Shown: positions 16,534 through 26,808 of the stretch, piece by piece
Numbering within the stretch: the first letter of the stretch is position 1
Layout: every line of letters begins with the position of its first letter
From: an uncultured virus (IMG/VR IMGVR_UViG_3300032323_001173)
Taxonomy: Duplodnaviria > Heunggongvirae > Uroviricota > Caudoviricetes
DNA length: 34,399 bases
IMG/VR virus record: IMGVR_UViG_3300032323_001173
Strand: one strand, 5' to 3'
Notes under the pieces: model-generated
The model's input: only the letters and a program-made list of their open reading frames with translations
The model's database searches: none
Told to the model about the DNA's origin: nothing
Program-made: the position numbers and the translations under genes

Positions 16534-18893
16534 GCGTAAAAATACAAGTAAAACGGACAACCAAGCAGGCGTGGATTGACGTCAACCCCCTGCTAGACGC
16601 TGGTGAGTTCGGCTATGAGACCGACACGGGTAACTTCAAGATTGGTAACGGTACGTCGCTATGGAACGCTCTTGGTTATGCCGCCTACGATGCCTCCCTT
16701 TTGGAAGAGCGCTTTGCTGAAGAAGCCTGGCACAGGCCAGCACGTTTAGCAACAGCCGCTGTATTGCCTAACACCCCTGCGTACACCGCAGGATCTGCGG
16801 ACGCAGATGGTGGTACGGGTACAGGCGCATATCTTCAGGCATCAGAGAACGCTCGTTTGGTTGTAGACAGTGTTAACGCTGTCACGGGTAACCGTATTTT
16901 GGTAAAAGACCAAGTAAACACGATTCACGACGGTGTTTATGATGTGACTGCACAAGGCAGTGCTAGCGCTCCTTGGAGGTTAACACGTTCAGCAGACATG
17001 AACGGATCACGAGTTGGGCAAGCAACACAAGGTGAAGTTGTCGGAGTACTTGAAGGAACCACTAACTACAACCAACAATTTTCAATTTCTTCAGTAGGTA
17101 CTGGCGCAGATGGGGCGCACCTAATAGGTTCTGACTCTTTAACTTTCCAACAAATTACAGGAACGGCTTCTTTTAACGCTGGTGCTGGTCTTACGGTTTT
17201 CGGAAACACACTGAATGTGTCAAGTGCCGCATCTAGCCGCATCTTTGTAACGGAAAACGCCATTGACCTTGCCCCAATTACGCAAGGAGACAATAGCGCC
17301 GCCGCAACTAATACTTTTGTTTCTGCTATTACCCGTGACGGTTATGGTCGTGTTTTAGGTGTTACTACCAATGACGTAACTTTAACGTTGGGCACCCACA
17401 CCACTGGTAATTACGTTGCAGAACTAACCGCAGGAACAGGTGTAACTGTAACTAACAGCGGTGGAGAAAATTCTAATCCTACTGTGGCTATCGGACAAGC
17501 CGTAGGAACGACCTCAAACGTTACGTTTGCTACGGTCACAGCAAGTCTTACGGGTAATGCTTCCACAGCCACAACCCTGCAAACGCCAAGAAATATTGCT
17601 GGTCAGTCTTTTGATGGATCTGCAAACATTTCAATTGCACCTACTGACCTCACTGGCGTTACTTCATCAGCCTCAGAACTAAATATCCTTGACGGCGCTA
17701 CCCTTTCAACAACTGAACTTAACTACGTTGATGGTGTAACTTCTGCAATACAAACTCAATTAGATAACAAAGCAAGCGCTACAGCATCACCTGTAATCAC
17801 TCTTGGTGGAGATTTGTCTGGTTCTGCAACTCTTACAAACCTTGGTAACGCAACACTGACTGCAACAATTGCCGCTAATTCAGTGGCATTAGGTACCGAC
17901 ACTACTGGTGATTATGTAGCATCATTGGTTGCTGGTACTGGCGTGACCTTGACTAATAACTCAGGTGAGGGCGCAACCCCTACAATTGCGATTGGTCAAG
18001 CAGTAGGTACAGGTGCGTCAGTTGGGTTTGCACAAGTAACCACAACTGGAAACGTAACAGTTGGTGGTGACATCTATGTCAACGGCACATACTTCACTAC
18101 TACAGAAACAAGTCTTGCGATTGAAGATCCATTTATTTATTTAAATGACGGTTCAACGGTAACAAATCCAGACCTTGGAATTGCTGGAAACTACAATGAC
18201 GGAACGTACAGACATGCTGGAGTATTCCGTGATGCCACTGACGGTAAGTGGAAGTTCTTTGACAGTTATACACCAGAACCAAACAACCCAATTGACACGG
18301 GGCATGGAACGTATGCTCCAGCAACAGTAGTTGCCAAATCAATTGAAAGCACAGTTTCAACTGGAACAGCGCCATTGGTTGTTGCATCAACAACAGCCGT
18401 TACTAACCTAAACGCTGACCTTCTTGATGGTCAACACGGTTCGTTCTATGCGCCAATAAACAACGCATCATTTACTGGAACCTTTAGCGCTCCTTCGGGA
18501 ACAATTACCAGCACGATGATTGCTGATGGGACTATTGTAAATGACGATGTTTCTGCAACAGCGGCTATTGATCTTGGTAAGTTGGCTGACGTTTCAACAA
18601 ACGCTCAAACCGCTTCGTACACACTTGTGTTGGCTGACAAAAATAAGGTTGTGGAAATGGGTGTTGGCTCTGCCAATAACCTGACTGTGCCTCTTAACTC
18701 ATCACAGGCTTTTCCTGTGGGTTCACAAATCAACATCCTTCAAACTGGCTCAGGCCAAACCACAATCGTGGCTACGGGTGGAGTGACCATCAACGCCACA
18801 CCAGGTCTTAAGATGCGAGCGCAGTGGTCGTATGCTACGCTAATCAAACGAGCAACCGATACTTGGGTATTGGTAGGAGATATTTCGGCGTAA
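16530..18893 (+). CDS. long tail fibre protein with Mtd-N/hyaluronidase-like N-terminus
   Basis: IQVKR...NPLLDAGEFGYETDTGNFKIGNG; NADLLDG; internal duplication. Confidence 0.8.
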   Translation: MSVKIQVKRTTKQAWIDVNPLLDAGEFGYETDTGNFKIGNGTSLWNALGYAAYDASLLEERFAEEAWHRPARLATAAVLPNTPAYTAGSADADGGTGTGAYLQASENARLVVDSVNAVTGNRILVKDQVNTIHDGVYDVTAQGSASAPWRLTRSADMNGSRVGQATQGEVVGVLEGTTNYNQQFSISSVGTGADGAHLIGSDSLTFQQITGTASFNAGAGLTVFGNTLNVSSAASSRIFVTENAIDLAPITQGDNSAAATNTFVSAITRDGYGRVLGVTTNDVTLTLGTHTTGNYVAELTAGTGVTVTNSGGENSNPTVAIGQAVGTTSNVTFATVTASLTGNASTATTLQTPRNIAGQSFDGSANISIAPTDLTGVTSSASELNILDGATLSTTELNYVDGVTSAIQTQLDNKASATASPVITLGGDLSGSATLTNLGNATLTATIAANSVALGTDTTGDYVASLVAGTGVTLTNNSGEGATPTIAIGQAVGTGASVGFAQVTTTGNVTVGGDIYVNGTYFTTTETSLAIEDPFIYLNDGSTVTNPDLGIAGNYNDGTYRHAGVFRDATDGKWKFFDSYTPEPNNPIDTGHGTYAPATVVAKSIESTVSTGTAPLVVASTTAVTNLNADLLDGQHGSFYAPINNASFTGTFSAPSGTITSTMIADGTIVNDDVSATAAIDLGKLADVSTNAQTASYTLVLADKNKVVEMGVGSANNLTVPLNSSQAFPVGSQINILQTGSGQTTIVATGGVTINATPGLKMRAQWSYATLIKRATDTWVLVGDISA

Positions 18894-18896
18894 CTT

Positions 18897-19580
18897 ATGG
18901 CAACAAAGGACTCAGGCGGAAAGCAACCAGGTACCCCAACAATTGGTACTGCCACGTTTGATAACACAAACGGTAATGCTTCTGTAACTTTTACGCCTGG
19001 GTACGCTGGTAAGGGGACAGTAACTTATACAGTTACGTCTAGTCCTGGCAACATCACAGGTACGGGGTCTTCTTCTCCAGTTACTGTAACTGGGTTAACT
19101 GCTGGAACTGCTTACACTTTTACCGTACGGGCAAACTCTAACAACGGTATTTCTTCAGGAACTTCTGGGTCTTCAAACTCTATTACTCCTGGAATTAAGC
19201 CATCAGCACCAACTATTGGTACGGCTACAGCAGGTAACGCTCAAGCAACTGTTACATACACTGCTGGTTCTGTAGGTTCGGGTGGAGTTACTTATACCGC
19301 TACGTCTAGTCCTGGGGCTAGAACAGGAACAGGTACCTCACCAATTACGGTTACAAGTTTAACAAATGGAACTGCATACACATTTACGGTAACCGCTTCT
19401 AACGCTTATGGTTCAAGTACATCTGCCTCATCTAACTCGGTGACCCCAGTTGCACCTCCGTACTTTCCACCGTACTTTCCACCATTTTTTCCACCTTTCT
19501 TTCCACCATTTTTTCCACCTTTCTTTCCACCGTTTTTTCCACCGTATTTTCCACCGTTCTTCCCTCCTGCATTTAAGTAG
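18897..19580 (+). CDS. two fibronectin type III domains plus C-terminal (PPxF)10 tail
   Basis: Two P..PTIGTAT...LT.GTAYTFTV.A units; PPYF/PPFF repeats. Confidence 0.85.
   Translation: MATKDSGGKQPGTPTIGTATFDNTNGNASVTFTPGYAGKGTVTYTVTSSPGNITGTGSSSPVTVTGLTAGTAYTFTVRANSNNGISSGTSGSSNSITPGIKPSAPTIGTATAGNAQATVTYTAGSVGSGGVTYTATSSPGARTGTGTSPITVTSLTNGTAYTFTVTASNAYGSSTSASSNSVTPVAPPYFPPYFPPFFPPFFPPFFPPFFPPFFPPYFPPFFPPAFK
19455..19574 (+). repeat. coding repeat of ten PP(Y/F/A)F tetrapeptides
   Basis: 12-bp period with synonymous codon variation. Confidence 0.95.
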
Positions 19581-19594
19581 GTATAGTGTGGGGT

Positions 19595-20224
19595 ATGGAA
19601 ACCTCACCTTGGAAAGTACAACCTGGGTATTTTGGACAAAGTCCAGAAAATATACTTATCTATGAAAACTTCATAGATCTAGAGGACGTTAAAAAGATAT
19701 ATACCTTTTGTAAGTCAATAGTTGAATGGGAAAACCCTATTGCCGAAAACCAATACGATGAAAATGGTGTCTGTACATATGACGCAAAGTATTGGAATGA
19801 CCGTCAGTGCCCGTCACATTTGATAAAAAAGCAAAACGCCGAAGTACATAGTTTGATTGAATATTACATTGACAAGATGAAAAAGTGCGCTGAAGACCAT
19901 TTTAAATGCACTATGAGTTCTCGTAACCCAGTTATTATCAGATGGTTTCCAGGTCTTGAGCAACGCCCACATGCAGATAAGCAATTAAATGATGGCTCAC
20001 CAAACCCTTTTACAGACTACGACCTCAACTCATTGTTCTACTACAACGACGACTTTGAAGGTGGAGAACTGTACTACCCAGATCACAACATCACGATAAA
20101 ACCAAAACCAGGTTTAGCCGTAATACATCCAGGGGACATTAATTATTTACACGGAGTAAAGATGGTGACGGCAGGAGAACGCTTTACGACTCCTTCCTTC
20201 TATAGTATTACCGAACTTCTATGA
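19595..20224 (+). CDS. 2OG-Fe(II) oxygenase, prolyl 4-hydroxylase-like
   Basis: HAD...YNDDFEGGEL...HGV...GER. Confidence 0.9.
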   Translation: METSPWKVQPGYFGQSPENILIYENFIDLEDVKKIYTFCKSIVEWENPIAENQYDENGVCTYDAKYWNDRQCPSHLIKKQNAEVHSLIEYYIDKMKKCAEDHFKCTMSSRNPVIIRWFPGLEQRPHADKQLNDGSPNPFTDYDLNSLFYYNDDFEGGELYYPDHNITIKPKPGLAVIHPGDINYLHGVKMVTAGERFTTPSFYSITELL

Positions 20225-20925
20225 GTAAATTAACACTACTTAAATCAGCACAAAACCCACCAACAGTTGCACAATCTAGAGTTAAGCGTGACTGGATGGA
20301 CGCTACTTACAATAAGCACGCTTATCAGTGCTTACCAATGACCTACGCCAACGTGTACGGATGGGAACTACAACTACAGCAGGAAGTGGTAGTTGAATGG
20401 GACGGATCAAACACTCCGCCAAAGATACTGAGTGGAGGGACGATAGGCGATCAAGTAGTCGCTAGTGGAAACATCATAGGCATGGTGTCGTTTAGAACTG
20501 GTTATTCGTTTAGAACTGAAGAGCCATACTCCACATGGATTGGTGGGTCTCCTAACTTCTTTGTAAATGGTGCAGAGCCTTTGTCAGCAATCATCCCTAG
20601 TAGTTGGTGGCCTGATCCGTTTGAAATGAACTGGAAAATCAACAAGATTAATGAGCCAGTTGTGTTTGAGGCTGGTATGCCTTTTATGTTCTTTAACATC
20701 TTTGACCACACCGTGTTAGAGGACGTCACCATTGAAACTGACTCACTTTGGAGTGATCCTGAGTTGGTCGCTTCTCGCCAGAAGTATGGTGACATGAAGA
20801 TGAAAAACCAGATGGAAAACCCGTGGACATGGACAAAAGGTATCCGTACTGGTCTAGACGCCGATGGTAATCGTATTGGTCCCGCTTTTACTGGGTTGCC
20901 TAAATTAGATGAACCACATGCATGA
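20221..20925 (+). CDS. DUF6065-like protein
   Basis: RDWMD...AYQCLPM..AN.YGW; F.MNWKI; family recognised from memory. Confidence 0.65.
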   Translation: MSKLTLLKSAQNPPTVAQSRVKRDWMDATYNKHAYQCLPMTYANVYGWELQLQQEVVVEWDGSNTPPKILSGGTIGDQVVASGNIIGMVSFRTGYSFRTEEPYSTWIGGSPNFFVNGAEPLSAIIPSSWWPDPFEMNWKINKINEPVVFEAGMPFMFFNIFDHTVLEDVTIETDSLWSDPELVASRQKYGDMKMKNQMENPWTWTKGIRTGLDADGNRIGPAFTGLPKLDEPHA

Positions 20926-21487
20926 ATTCATAACGTTGATGGCAACACACGCTTATGTTTGCCGTATTGACGATATTGATTATGAAACTGTTACATCTGA
21001 AGTTTTACAACAAGAACTAGTATTCTCAAGTGGATACGGATTCCGTGTATACCCAGATTCTGATGAGTGTCAAAAATTGCAGAACGCTATTGAAGTATTA
21101 GCAAATGAAGTACTCCCCCTACCCCTAACACTCACCGATATATGGGCAGTTGCTACAAATAAAGGTGAGTCAGTGGGGTATCACTCACACCACTCAAATA
21201 CACATATGCAACCTCAAGAGTATTGGAGTGGAGTCATTTACACGTCTTCTGACGACAGTTCAGCAGAACTAATACTGCATTCTTTTGGATATAACCGAAT
21301 TGAATCAATGACCAGAATAAAACCAGAAATTGGTAAAATAGTGTTTTTTAATTCCTACGTTCCGCACTTTACGACTATGCACCAATCAGATATCCCTAGA
21401 GTTGCCGTTAGTTTTAATTTAAAGCCAATAACCCCAAATGTCACAGAAATACCCGACATGAGCGTATATAGAGGAAACCATGAGTAA
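20909..21487 (+). CDS. 2OG-Fe(II) oxygenase (TIGR02466-like)
   Basis: HSH...WSGVIY...P..GKIVFFNSYVPH...RVAVSFN. Confidence 0.8.
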   Translation: MNHMHEFITLMATHAYVCRIDDIDYETVTSEVLQQELVFSSGYGFRVYPDSDECQKLQNAIEVLANEVLPLPLTLTDIWAVATNKGESVGYHSHHSNTHMQPQEYWSGVIYTSSDDSSAELILHSFGYNRIESMTRIKPEIGKIVFFNSYVPHFTTMHQSDIPRVAVSFNLKPITPNVTEIPDMSVYRGNHE

Positions 21488-21671
21488 TTTTGCTAAAGAG
21501 CAGGCAAAGGTTTATTTAAAGAGGTCAATAGATACTCTTCAAGCAATCTTAGGTATTGATGCGTACGCTCTTACCGAAATACCAGTAGACCCTTCTTCAG
21601 CGCTGTATGACTCCTACTTTTGTTTATTACACGAAGTAACTGCTTATAAGAAACTAATAGAAGATGAGTGA
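21480..21671 (+). CDS. small hypothetical protein
   Basis: Overlapping operon ORF with GAGG SD. Confidence 0.65.
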   Translation: MSNFAKEQAKVYLKRSIDTLQAILGIDAYALTEIPVDPSSALYDSYFCLLHEVTAYKKLIEDE

Positions 21672-22137
21672 CGCACCAATTGGTATAGACCCTGTTGACT
21701 ACCCCGCATTAGATCAATCAGACGTTTATTGGGACAAAACAAATGAGCAATGGGTTATTGCAAATAAAGAGACTGCGTACTGTCATCTTTATGGTCCACC
21801 AGAAAACAACTTACCTTTGGGCACCTGCCTAGTATGGGATTCTAAAGAAGACGTTCAGGACGTTACTACATCACACCAATACAATAACTATTTAAATTAT
21901 TTGCACTACTTAAATGAACTGACTGCCTATTTATATGTCCTTGGTTACTCCAGAGAGCAGTTTCCTGGACTAACTATAGATGAAATAGTGGCAAAAGCAA
22001 GGGGTGTGTATAAGTACAAACATGGTTCCCCTTCTGATCTGGCTAGTCAGGTGTACATTAAAAGAAAGAATATTGCCCTATTAAGGGGAGTTCGTAGAGC
22101 CTATTACAACATTCAGGTAACTAAGAATGGACAATAA
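21664..22137 (+). CDS. hypothetical protein
   Basis: Overlapping operon ORF. Confidence 0.7.
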   Translation: MSDAPIGIDPVDYPALDQSDVYWDKTNEQWVIANKETAYCHLYGPPENNLPLGTCLVWDSKEDVQDVTTSHQYNNYLNYLHYLNELTAYLYVLGYSREQFPGLTIDEIVAKARGVYKYKHGSPSDLASQVYIKRKNIALLRGVRRAYYNIQVTKNGQ

Positions 22138-22855
22138 ATATAACAGAGCGCACCTTGCTGATGTCTTTTCTAATACCCAAAGTCATGTGGACTCATTTCC
22201 AGGTAAGTACTACAAATACACATCTTCTAGATTGGCTGAGTACACCTCGTCTATTGATTTTGATAGAAGAAACATAGCCACTGGAGGGGTAGACCTTTCT
22301 ATATTCCCTTGGGAGATGTTTGCGGACACAAACGAAAGAAGTCTAAGAACATACACAATTTCTCAAGTATTTCAAGATTTGATCTACCAACTATGTTCCC
22401 CTAGAAAGATACTGATTTGTGGGGCAGATTATTCAAGTACACGGATAGTGCAATGCTGTGAAACCCCCGATATGCACGTAACTTTAGTTAATAACACAGC
22501 ACTTGACTATTTTGAAAAGTGCGTAAAAACAATAAATAAACGGTTTTCAGACATTAAATATGAGACTATTTCAATGCAAGACATTGTCAATGGGTATTCT
22601 TCTAAGTTTGATCTAATTGAGATATGGGCAAACCAACTAGATACCTCATTTGCTGACGTCAAGCAGTTTACATCACTATTGTCCACATCTGGGGTTTTAT
22701 TAATAAACGGTACATCTGATTGGTCATTCCTGTATGAGAATGAAACGTCAGCCCATCCTATGTACGATCTACACGAACAACTTAAGTTTGATGATTCTGT
22801 ATATACTTTTCATGTACCCCTCCATTACGGATTCACAGTTGTAACAAAGAAATGA
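22127..22855 (+). CDS. divergent SAM-dependent methyltransferase-like protein
   Basis: PRKILICG, KFDLIEI and LLSTSGVLLI patterns; motif I is degenerate. Confidence 0.5.
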   Translation: MDNKYNRAHLADVFSNTQSHVDSFPGKYYKYTSSRLAEYTSSIDFDRRNIATGGVDLSIFPWEMFADTNERSLRTYTISQVFQDLIYQLCSPRKILICGADYSSTRIVQCCETPDMHVTLVNNTALDYFEKCVKTINKRFSDIKYETISMQDIVNGYSSKFDLIEIWANQLDTSFADVKQFTSLLSTSGVLLINGTSDWSFLYENETSAHPMYDLHEQLKFDDSVYTFHVPLHYGFTVVTKK

Positions 22856-23529
22856 AAGTATTAGACAACTTCATAACAGACCAAGCGTTGCTGGAAGCAA
22901 TACGTTCGGATACTTCATTTTTCCCTGAATCCATGGGGGATAAAGCACAGGTCAACTATGGTGTCCACGAATACCATGACCCAGAATCCAAGCATTACTC
23001 TCCGTACATGTTCTGGGATGGTTGGTGGCGCTCACCTGCAAATACCCTCAAAAAGCAAGTTATTCAGCATATTTGGGAACACAACTTACCTATCCCACAA
23101 GAAGACGTATGTGGTTTTGAGTATTGGACAAAAACCTTTAAACCTGGTCAGTATCTGTCTTTACACATTGATGAAGACTCTCACTTATATAAAGAGTTTC
23201 AAGTTTTTAGTGGGCCTCTCATAGGGTGTGTGTATTACCCAGATTTTGAAACGGTGTCTGGTGGATTTCTTGAACTTCACGAGTACAGCCTTGAAGATGG
23301 GACATTCTTTGCATTAGAGCGAGGAAACTTAGATTCATTATCGTCCCCGATAGATAGAAGGGAACGTATCGCCCATAAACCAAACAGGTTGGTTATCTTT
23401 GATGCTGGGCACACCCTGCATAACACAACTGCTGTAGACCACGGTATACGTCGTGTTTTAATTGTTAATGTATGGAGTATGAATAACAAACCGTTAGCCT
23501 TAGAAACTGGAGGTTTTTACTATGAGTAG
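22852..23529 (+). CDS. 2OG-Fe(II) oxygenase
   Basis: GFEYW...HIDED...GGFL...PNRLVIFD...LH...RR. Confidence 0.85.
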   Translation: MKVLDNFITDQALLEAIRSDTSFFPESMGDKAQVNYGVHEYHDPESKHYSPYMFWDGWWRSPANTLKKQVIQHIWEHNLPIPQEDVCGFEYWTKTFKPGQYLSLHIDEDSHLYKEFQVFSGPLIGCVYYPDFETVSGGFLELHEYSLEDGTFFALERGNLDSLSSPIDRRERIAHKPNRLVIFDAGHTLHNTTAVDHGIRRVLIVNVWSMNNKPLALETGGFYYE

Positions 23530-24169
23530 TTATTTACGACCACAAGCATTAGGTGACCCACGGGCAGGTGTATTTGCATATCACGGGATGCTTCACCCAG
23601 ATTTAAACCTTGTTGGAAGACTAGAGGAAACCATTGGGGAAAGCACTACTGCTCCATACATGTGGATGGAAGCACTCGTTGGTGATCAACAGAAGATGCC
23701 AGAATACCGAGATTGTGTTGACTGCAAAATAAGCCCTGCACACCTTGAGCACATTCCATCTCAATTTGAAGGTCTTCGTAGTGTTTATAACGACACTGTC
23801 GCTGGTCTTAAACAGTGCATGGCTCATTACCAATCTATGTATAACATCACAATGGACTACATGGAAGCAATTAACTACGTTAGGTACAAACCAGGTCAGC
23901 ATTTTGCTGTTCACTCTGACAGTGGTTTTTCCTATAACTGCACAGTTTCTTCAGTCATGTACTTAAATGATGACTATGAAGGAGGAGAATTGTGGTTTCC
24001 ATTTCTTGACTTAACGTATAAGCCAAGGGCTGGAGATATCGTTATTTTCCCATCAACGTACATTTACGCTCACGCATCAAAACCAATTACATCTGGAGTT
24101 AAGTATTCCGCTGTAACCATGTTTGATTGGAACGATAGGACACATAAGAATTATGGACCTACTTATTAA
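23522..24169 (+). CDS. 2OG-Fe(II) oxygenase, prolyl 4-hydroxylase-like
   Basis: HSD...YLNDDYEGGEL...FPS...H...GVKY. Confidence 0.9.
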   Translation: MSSYLRPQALGDPRAGVFAYHGMLHPDLNLVGRLEETIGESTTAPYMWMEALVGDQQKMPEYRDCVDCKISPAHLEHIPSQFEGLRSVYNDTVAGLKQCMAHYQSMYNITMDYMEAINYVRYKPGQHFAVHSDSGFSYNCTVSSVMYLNDDYEGGELWFPFLDLTYKPRAGDIVIFPSTYIYAHASKPITSGVKYSAVTMFDWNDRTHKNYGPTY

Positions 24170-24434
24170 AGCAAGCACTCCATTTGGGAGTGAGGATTAC
24201 AGATTATCTATAGAAGAAGGTAACCCTGCTCGTGTGTCATTTCGTGACAACACTGTAGAAATAACTAACTACAAGTTTTCTGATACAGGGTTTCACGCAA
24301 TCTTTGATATTGCCGTACCAATGACCACTTCTGTTTTGCTTACGTTTATGAAAGACATAAACAAAGACACTTATAGTGGTATTGCAAAAATTGGTGACTT
24401 TACAACTGTAACCCTGACAGCAACCGTACTATGA
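24153..24434 (+). CDS. small beta-rich hypothetical protein
   Basis: ATG start MDLLIKASTPFG; ATGA overlap with the next gene. Confidence 0.65.
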   Translation: MDLLIKASTPFGSEDYRLSIEEGNPARVSFRDNTVEITNYKFSDTGFHAIFDIAVPMTTSVLLTFMKDINKDTYSGIAKIGDFTTVTLTATVL

Positions 24435-25048
24435 GTGAATCCATATTTGACATCAATATCTCATCATTAGACGGTACTCCTGACTTGATGACACAGGTAA
24501 AAGGAAACATTTGCTTATTTGTAAATATTGCTTCTAAGGCTGGGTATTCCCCGACATGCAGTAAAGTGTGGTCATACGCAAGGACTGCAAAGTGGTTATG
24601 GGAACTACAGCAAGTACATGACGAGTTTTTTGACAAAGGTTTTAGAGTTGTCGCTTTTCCATGTGACCAACTTGGTGGGATGGAACCACTTGAAAATGAT
24701 CAAATACTTGAATTTATTAAAGAAAACTACCCATTTGTAACATTCCCAATTAGTGAAAAGATAGATGTAAACGGACCAAACGAACACCCCATTTACACGT
24801 TCATTAAAGGTCCAGAGCGTAGAAACTTTAATGACAACACGGCTGATCTGTCCGAATCCGCTAAAAAGGGTCAGAACTTGGCAATGCAGGCGATGATGAG
24901 AATCCCACATAACTACGAGAAGTTCTTGATTAGTAGGGAAGGCGTACGCATCGCACGGTTTAACTGGCAGGATTCACCACTTGCTACTAAGCCTTTAGTA
25001 TTTGGCGCTGGTTGGACGATTAGGGAAGCGATAGCCGATGTCCTATGA
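24431..25048 (+). CDS. glutathione peroxidase-family protein with atypical active site
   Basis: VNIASK.G, AFPCDQLGGMEP, KIDVNG...HPIY and NYEKFLI motifs. Confidence 0.85.
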   Translation: MSESIFDINISSLDGTPDLMTQVKGNICLFVNIASKAGYSPTCSKVWSYARTAKWLWELQQVHDEFFDKGFRVVAFPCDQLGGMEPLENDQILEFIKENYPFVTFPISEKIDVNGPNEHPIYTFIKGPERRNFNDNTADLSESAKKGQNLAMQAMMRIPHNYEKFLISREGVRIARFNWQDSPLATKPLVFGAGWTIREAIADVL

Positions 25049-25955
25049 ACCCGAGCACCTGGGTAGTGGGGTAATTGTATTTAGAAACGTCATAGATGTA
25101 GACCATGACTTTTTAATACCGTACCTTGCAGATCTACATAAAAAGGTAGTTAGTGAAGACTTCACCATTATTCATGATGCTGACGGTGCCCCATTATATG
25201 CCGTTAACAGATCTGGTCATAGGTACGACCTTGAACGGATTAATCAAGTAAACAGAATCATGGGGTTTGCCACGTCAGATAAAACAAGCCAAACGTATAA
25301 GTTCTTTGAAGGCTGTGAATCTGCTATCTATCAATGCCTACTTAGATACATAGAACAATATCCAATGTTATTACCGTCAATATGGTGGAAAGAGCAGGGG
25401 CATGTAGTTGCCTATAGCCCAAATAGTGCAATGGGATACCACTCAGATAATGATGTTAATTATCAACCAGGTGCTATACCTGACTTTCAAGTAGCCACAC
25501 GTCATGTTGTCGGTTGTGTTTTGTATTTTAACGATTCAGTAGATACCACTGACGACATTACTCCCTATACGTATGTTGGTGGGGAGTTAGATTTTAAGTA
25601 TCTAAATATCACATACAAGCCCAAATCTGGTGATGTCATTTTCTTTCCGTCTAATTATATGGCTACTCATGAAGTTAAAGATATTACAGATGGTGCACGA
25701 TATGCATATATCTCTTACTTTTCACAAGGTTCACCAGACGCACAACGAGGTATAAGTCCAGCAGAACGTATGGATCTTTTGATGTCCAGTCAAGTATGGA
25801 TACCTGAGTTGTTTGAAGACTATAGGACCTATCTGATCGGTAAGTATGGAGATGGTTTAACTAATCACCCACACTTAACACTCCCTCTTGATAGGATCAA
25901 CACTAGTAATGGCACACAAGAAGAAGTGTTAAGAGAGAAGAGTAAGCATGCGTAA
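25038..25955 (+). CDS. 2OG-Fe(II) oxygenase, prolyl 4-hydroxylase-like
   Basis: HSD...YFND...GGEL...FPSNYMATHEV...GARY. Confidence 0.9.
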   Translation: MSYEPEHLGSGVIVFRNVIDVDHDFLIPYLADLHKKVVSEDFTIIHDADGAPLYAVNRSGHRYDLERINQVNRIMGFATSDKTSQTYKFFEGCESAIYQCLLRYIEQYPMLLPSIWWKEQGHVVAYSPNSAMGYHSDNDVNYQPGAIPDFQVATRHVVGCVLYFNDSVDTTDDITPYTYVGGELDFKYLNITYKPKSGDVIFFPSNYMATHEVKDITDGARYAYISYFSQGSPDAQRGISPAERMDLLMSSQVWIPELFEDYRTYLIGKYGDGLTNHPHLTLPLDRINTSNGTQEEVLREKSKHA

Positions 25956-26808
25956 CAACGATGTCTCCTCACGCCATTTAGGTGGAGGTATTCTTTTATT
26001 TGAGAATGCTCTTTCTTTTGATTCAGACTGGATAGTTAAGTTTTCTGAAGAACAAGTAAGTAAAGAGCGGGACGAGATGTACACACCTACAGTACATCCA
26101 GAAACTGGAGAACCTGCGTTTCTTAATAAGAGCGGTTATCTATTTGATGCTGACGGTATAAACATGATGCCCCGTAGAGGTTCGGCTATCCACAGAACAG
26201 AGGATCCCGAGGTTCGTAAGTTCCTTGACTTTATAGAAACCGCTAAAGATCGGTACCTGTTGAAATACTTCATGGAGTTTCCAATTGCATACAAGAACAT
26301 ATGGTGGAAAGTAAAAGGACATCTTGTTTCTTACTCCACCACTAATGGCGGTAAGTTCTTAGGTAGTCACTCAGATACCAGCGCTGACTATCTTTACGGG
26401 TACCCACACCCAGCAGACCAATTGGCTACTAGAAACACCTTAACTAGTCTTGTTTATTTAAATGACAACTTTAGTGGTGGTCATCATTATTTTAATTATT
26501 TAGATATTGAGTATGTCCCAAATAAGGGTGACATTCTATTGTTTCCGTCTAACTTTATGACGGCTCATGAAGTCACCCCAATACTGGATGGTAGTAGATA
26601 CACGTACTTAGGTTGGTACGCCCATGGATCCCCTAATCCTGCTGTAAATGAACATATTGTTGATCCAGTTGAATCACCAGAACTCGCTAAAACAGCAACC
26701 AATGTGTATATGCCAACATTAAGGGACGACTTCTATAACTACATGGTAGAAGTAAATGCGGACAAAGACTTCCATGGGTGGTCTCTAGTAGAAAGTATTA
26801 ACTCGTGA
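25948..26808 (+). CDS. 2OG-Fe(II) oxygenase, prolyl 4-hydroxylase-like
   Basis: HSD...YLNDNFSGG...FPSNFMTAHEV...GSRY. Confidence 0.9.
   Translation: MRNNDVSSRHLGGGILLFENALSFDSDWIVKFSEEQVSKERDEMYTPTVHPETGEPAFLNKSGYLFDADGINMMPRRGSAIHRTEDPEVRKFLDFIETAKDRYLLKYFMEFPIAYKNIWWKVKGHLVSYSTTNGGKFLGSHSDTSADYLYGYPHPADQLATRNTLTSLVYLNDNFSGGHHYFNYLDIEYVPNKGDILLFPSNFMTAHEVTPILDGSRYTYLGWYAHGSPNPAVNEHIVDPVESPELAKTATNVYMPTLRDDFYNYMVEVNADKDFHGWSLVESINS

Noticed and set aside
16530..18893. Diversity-generating retroelement suggested by the Mtd-like N-terminus
   Set aside because: No reverse transcriptase or adenine-specific TR/VR pair is seen; the internal repeat differs at all base types
19455..19574. 12-bp periodic repeat as a CRISPR array or slippage microsatellite
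   Set aside because: No spacers; in frame with synonymous variation
24431..25048. Selenocysteine recoding in the GPx-like gene
   Set aside because: The active-site position is GCT (Ala), not TGA
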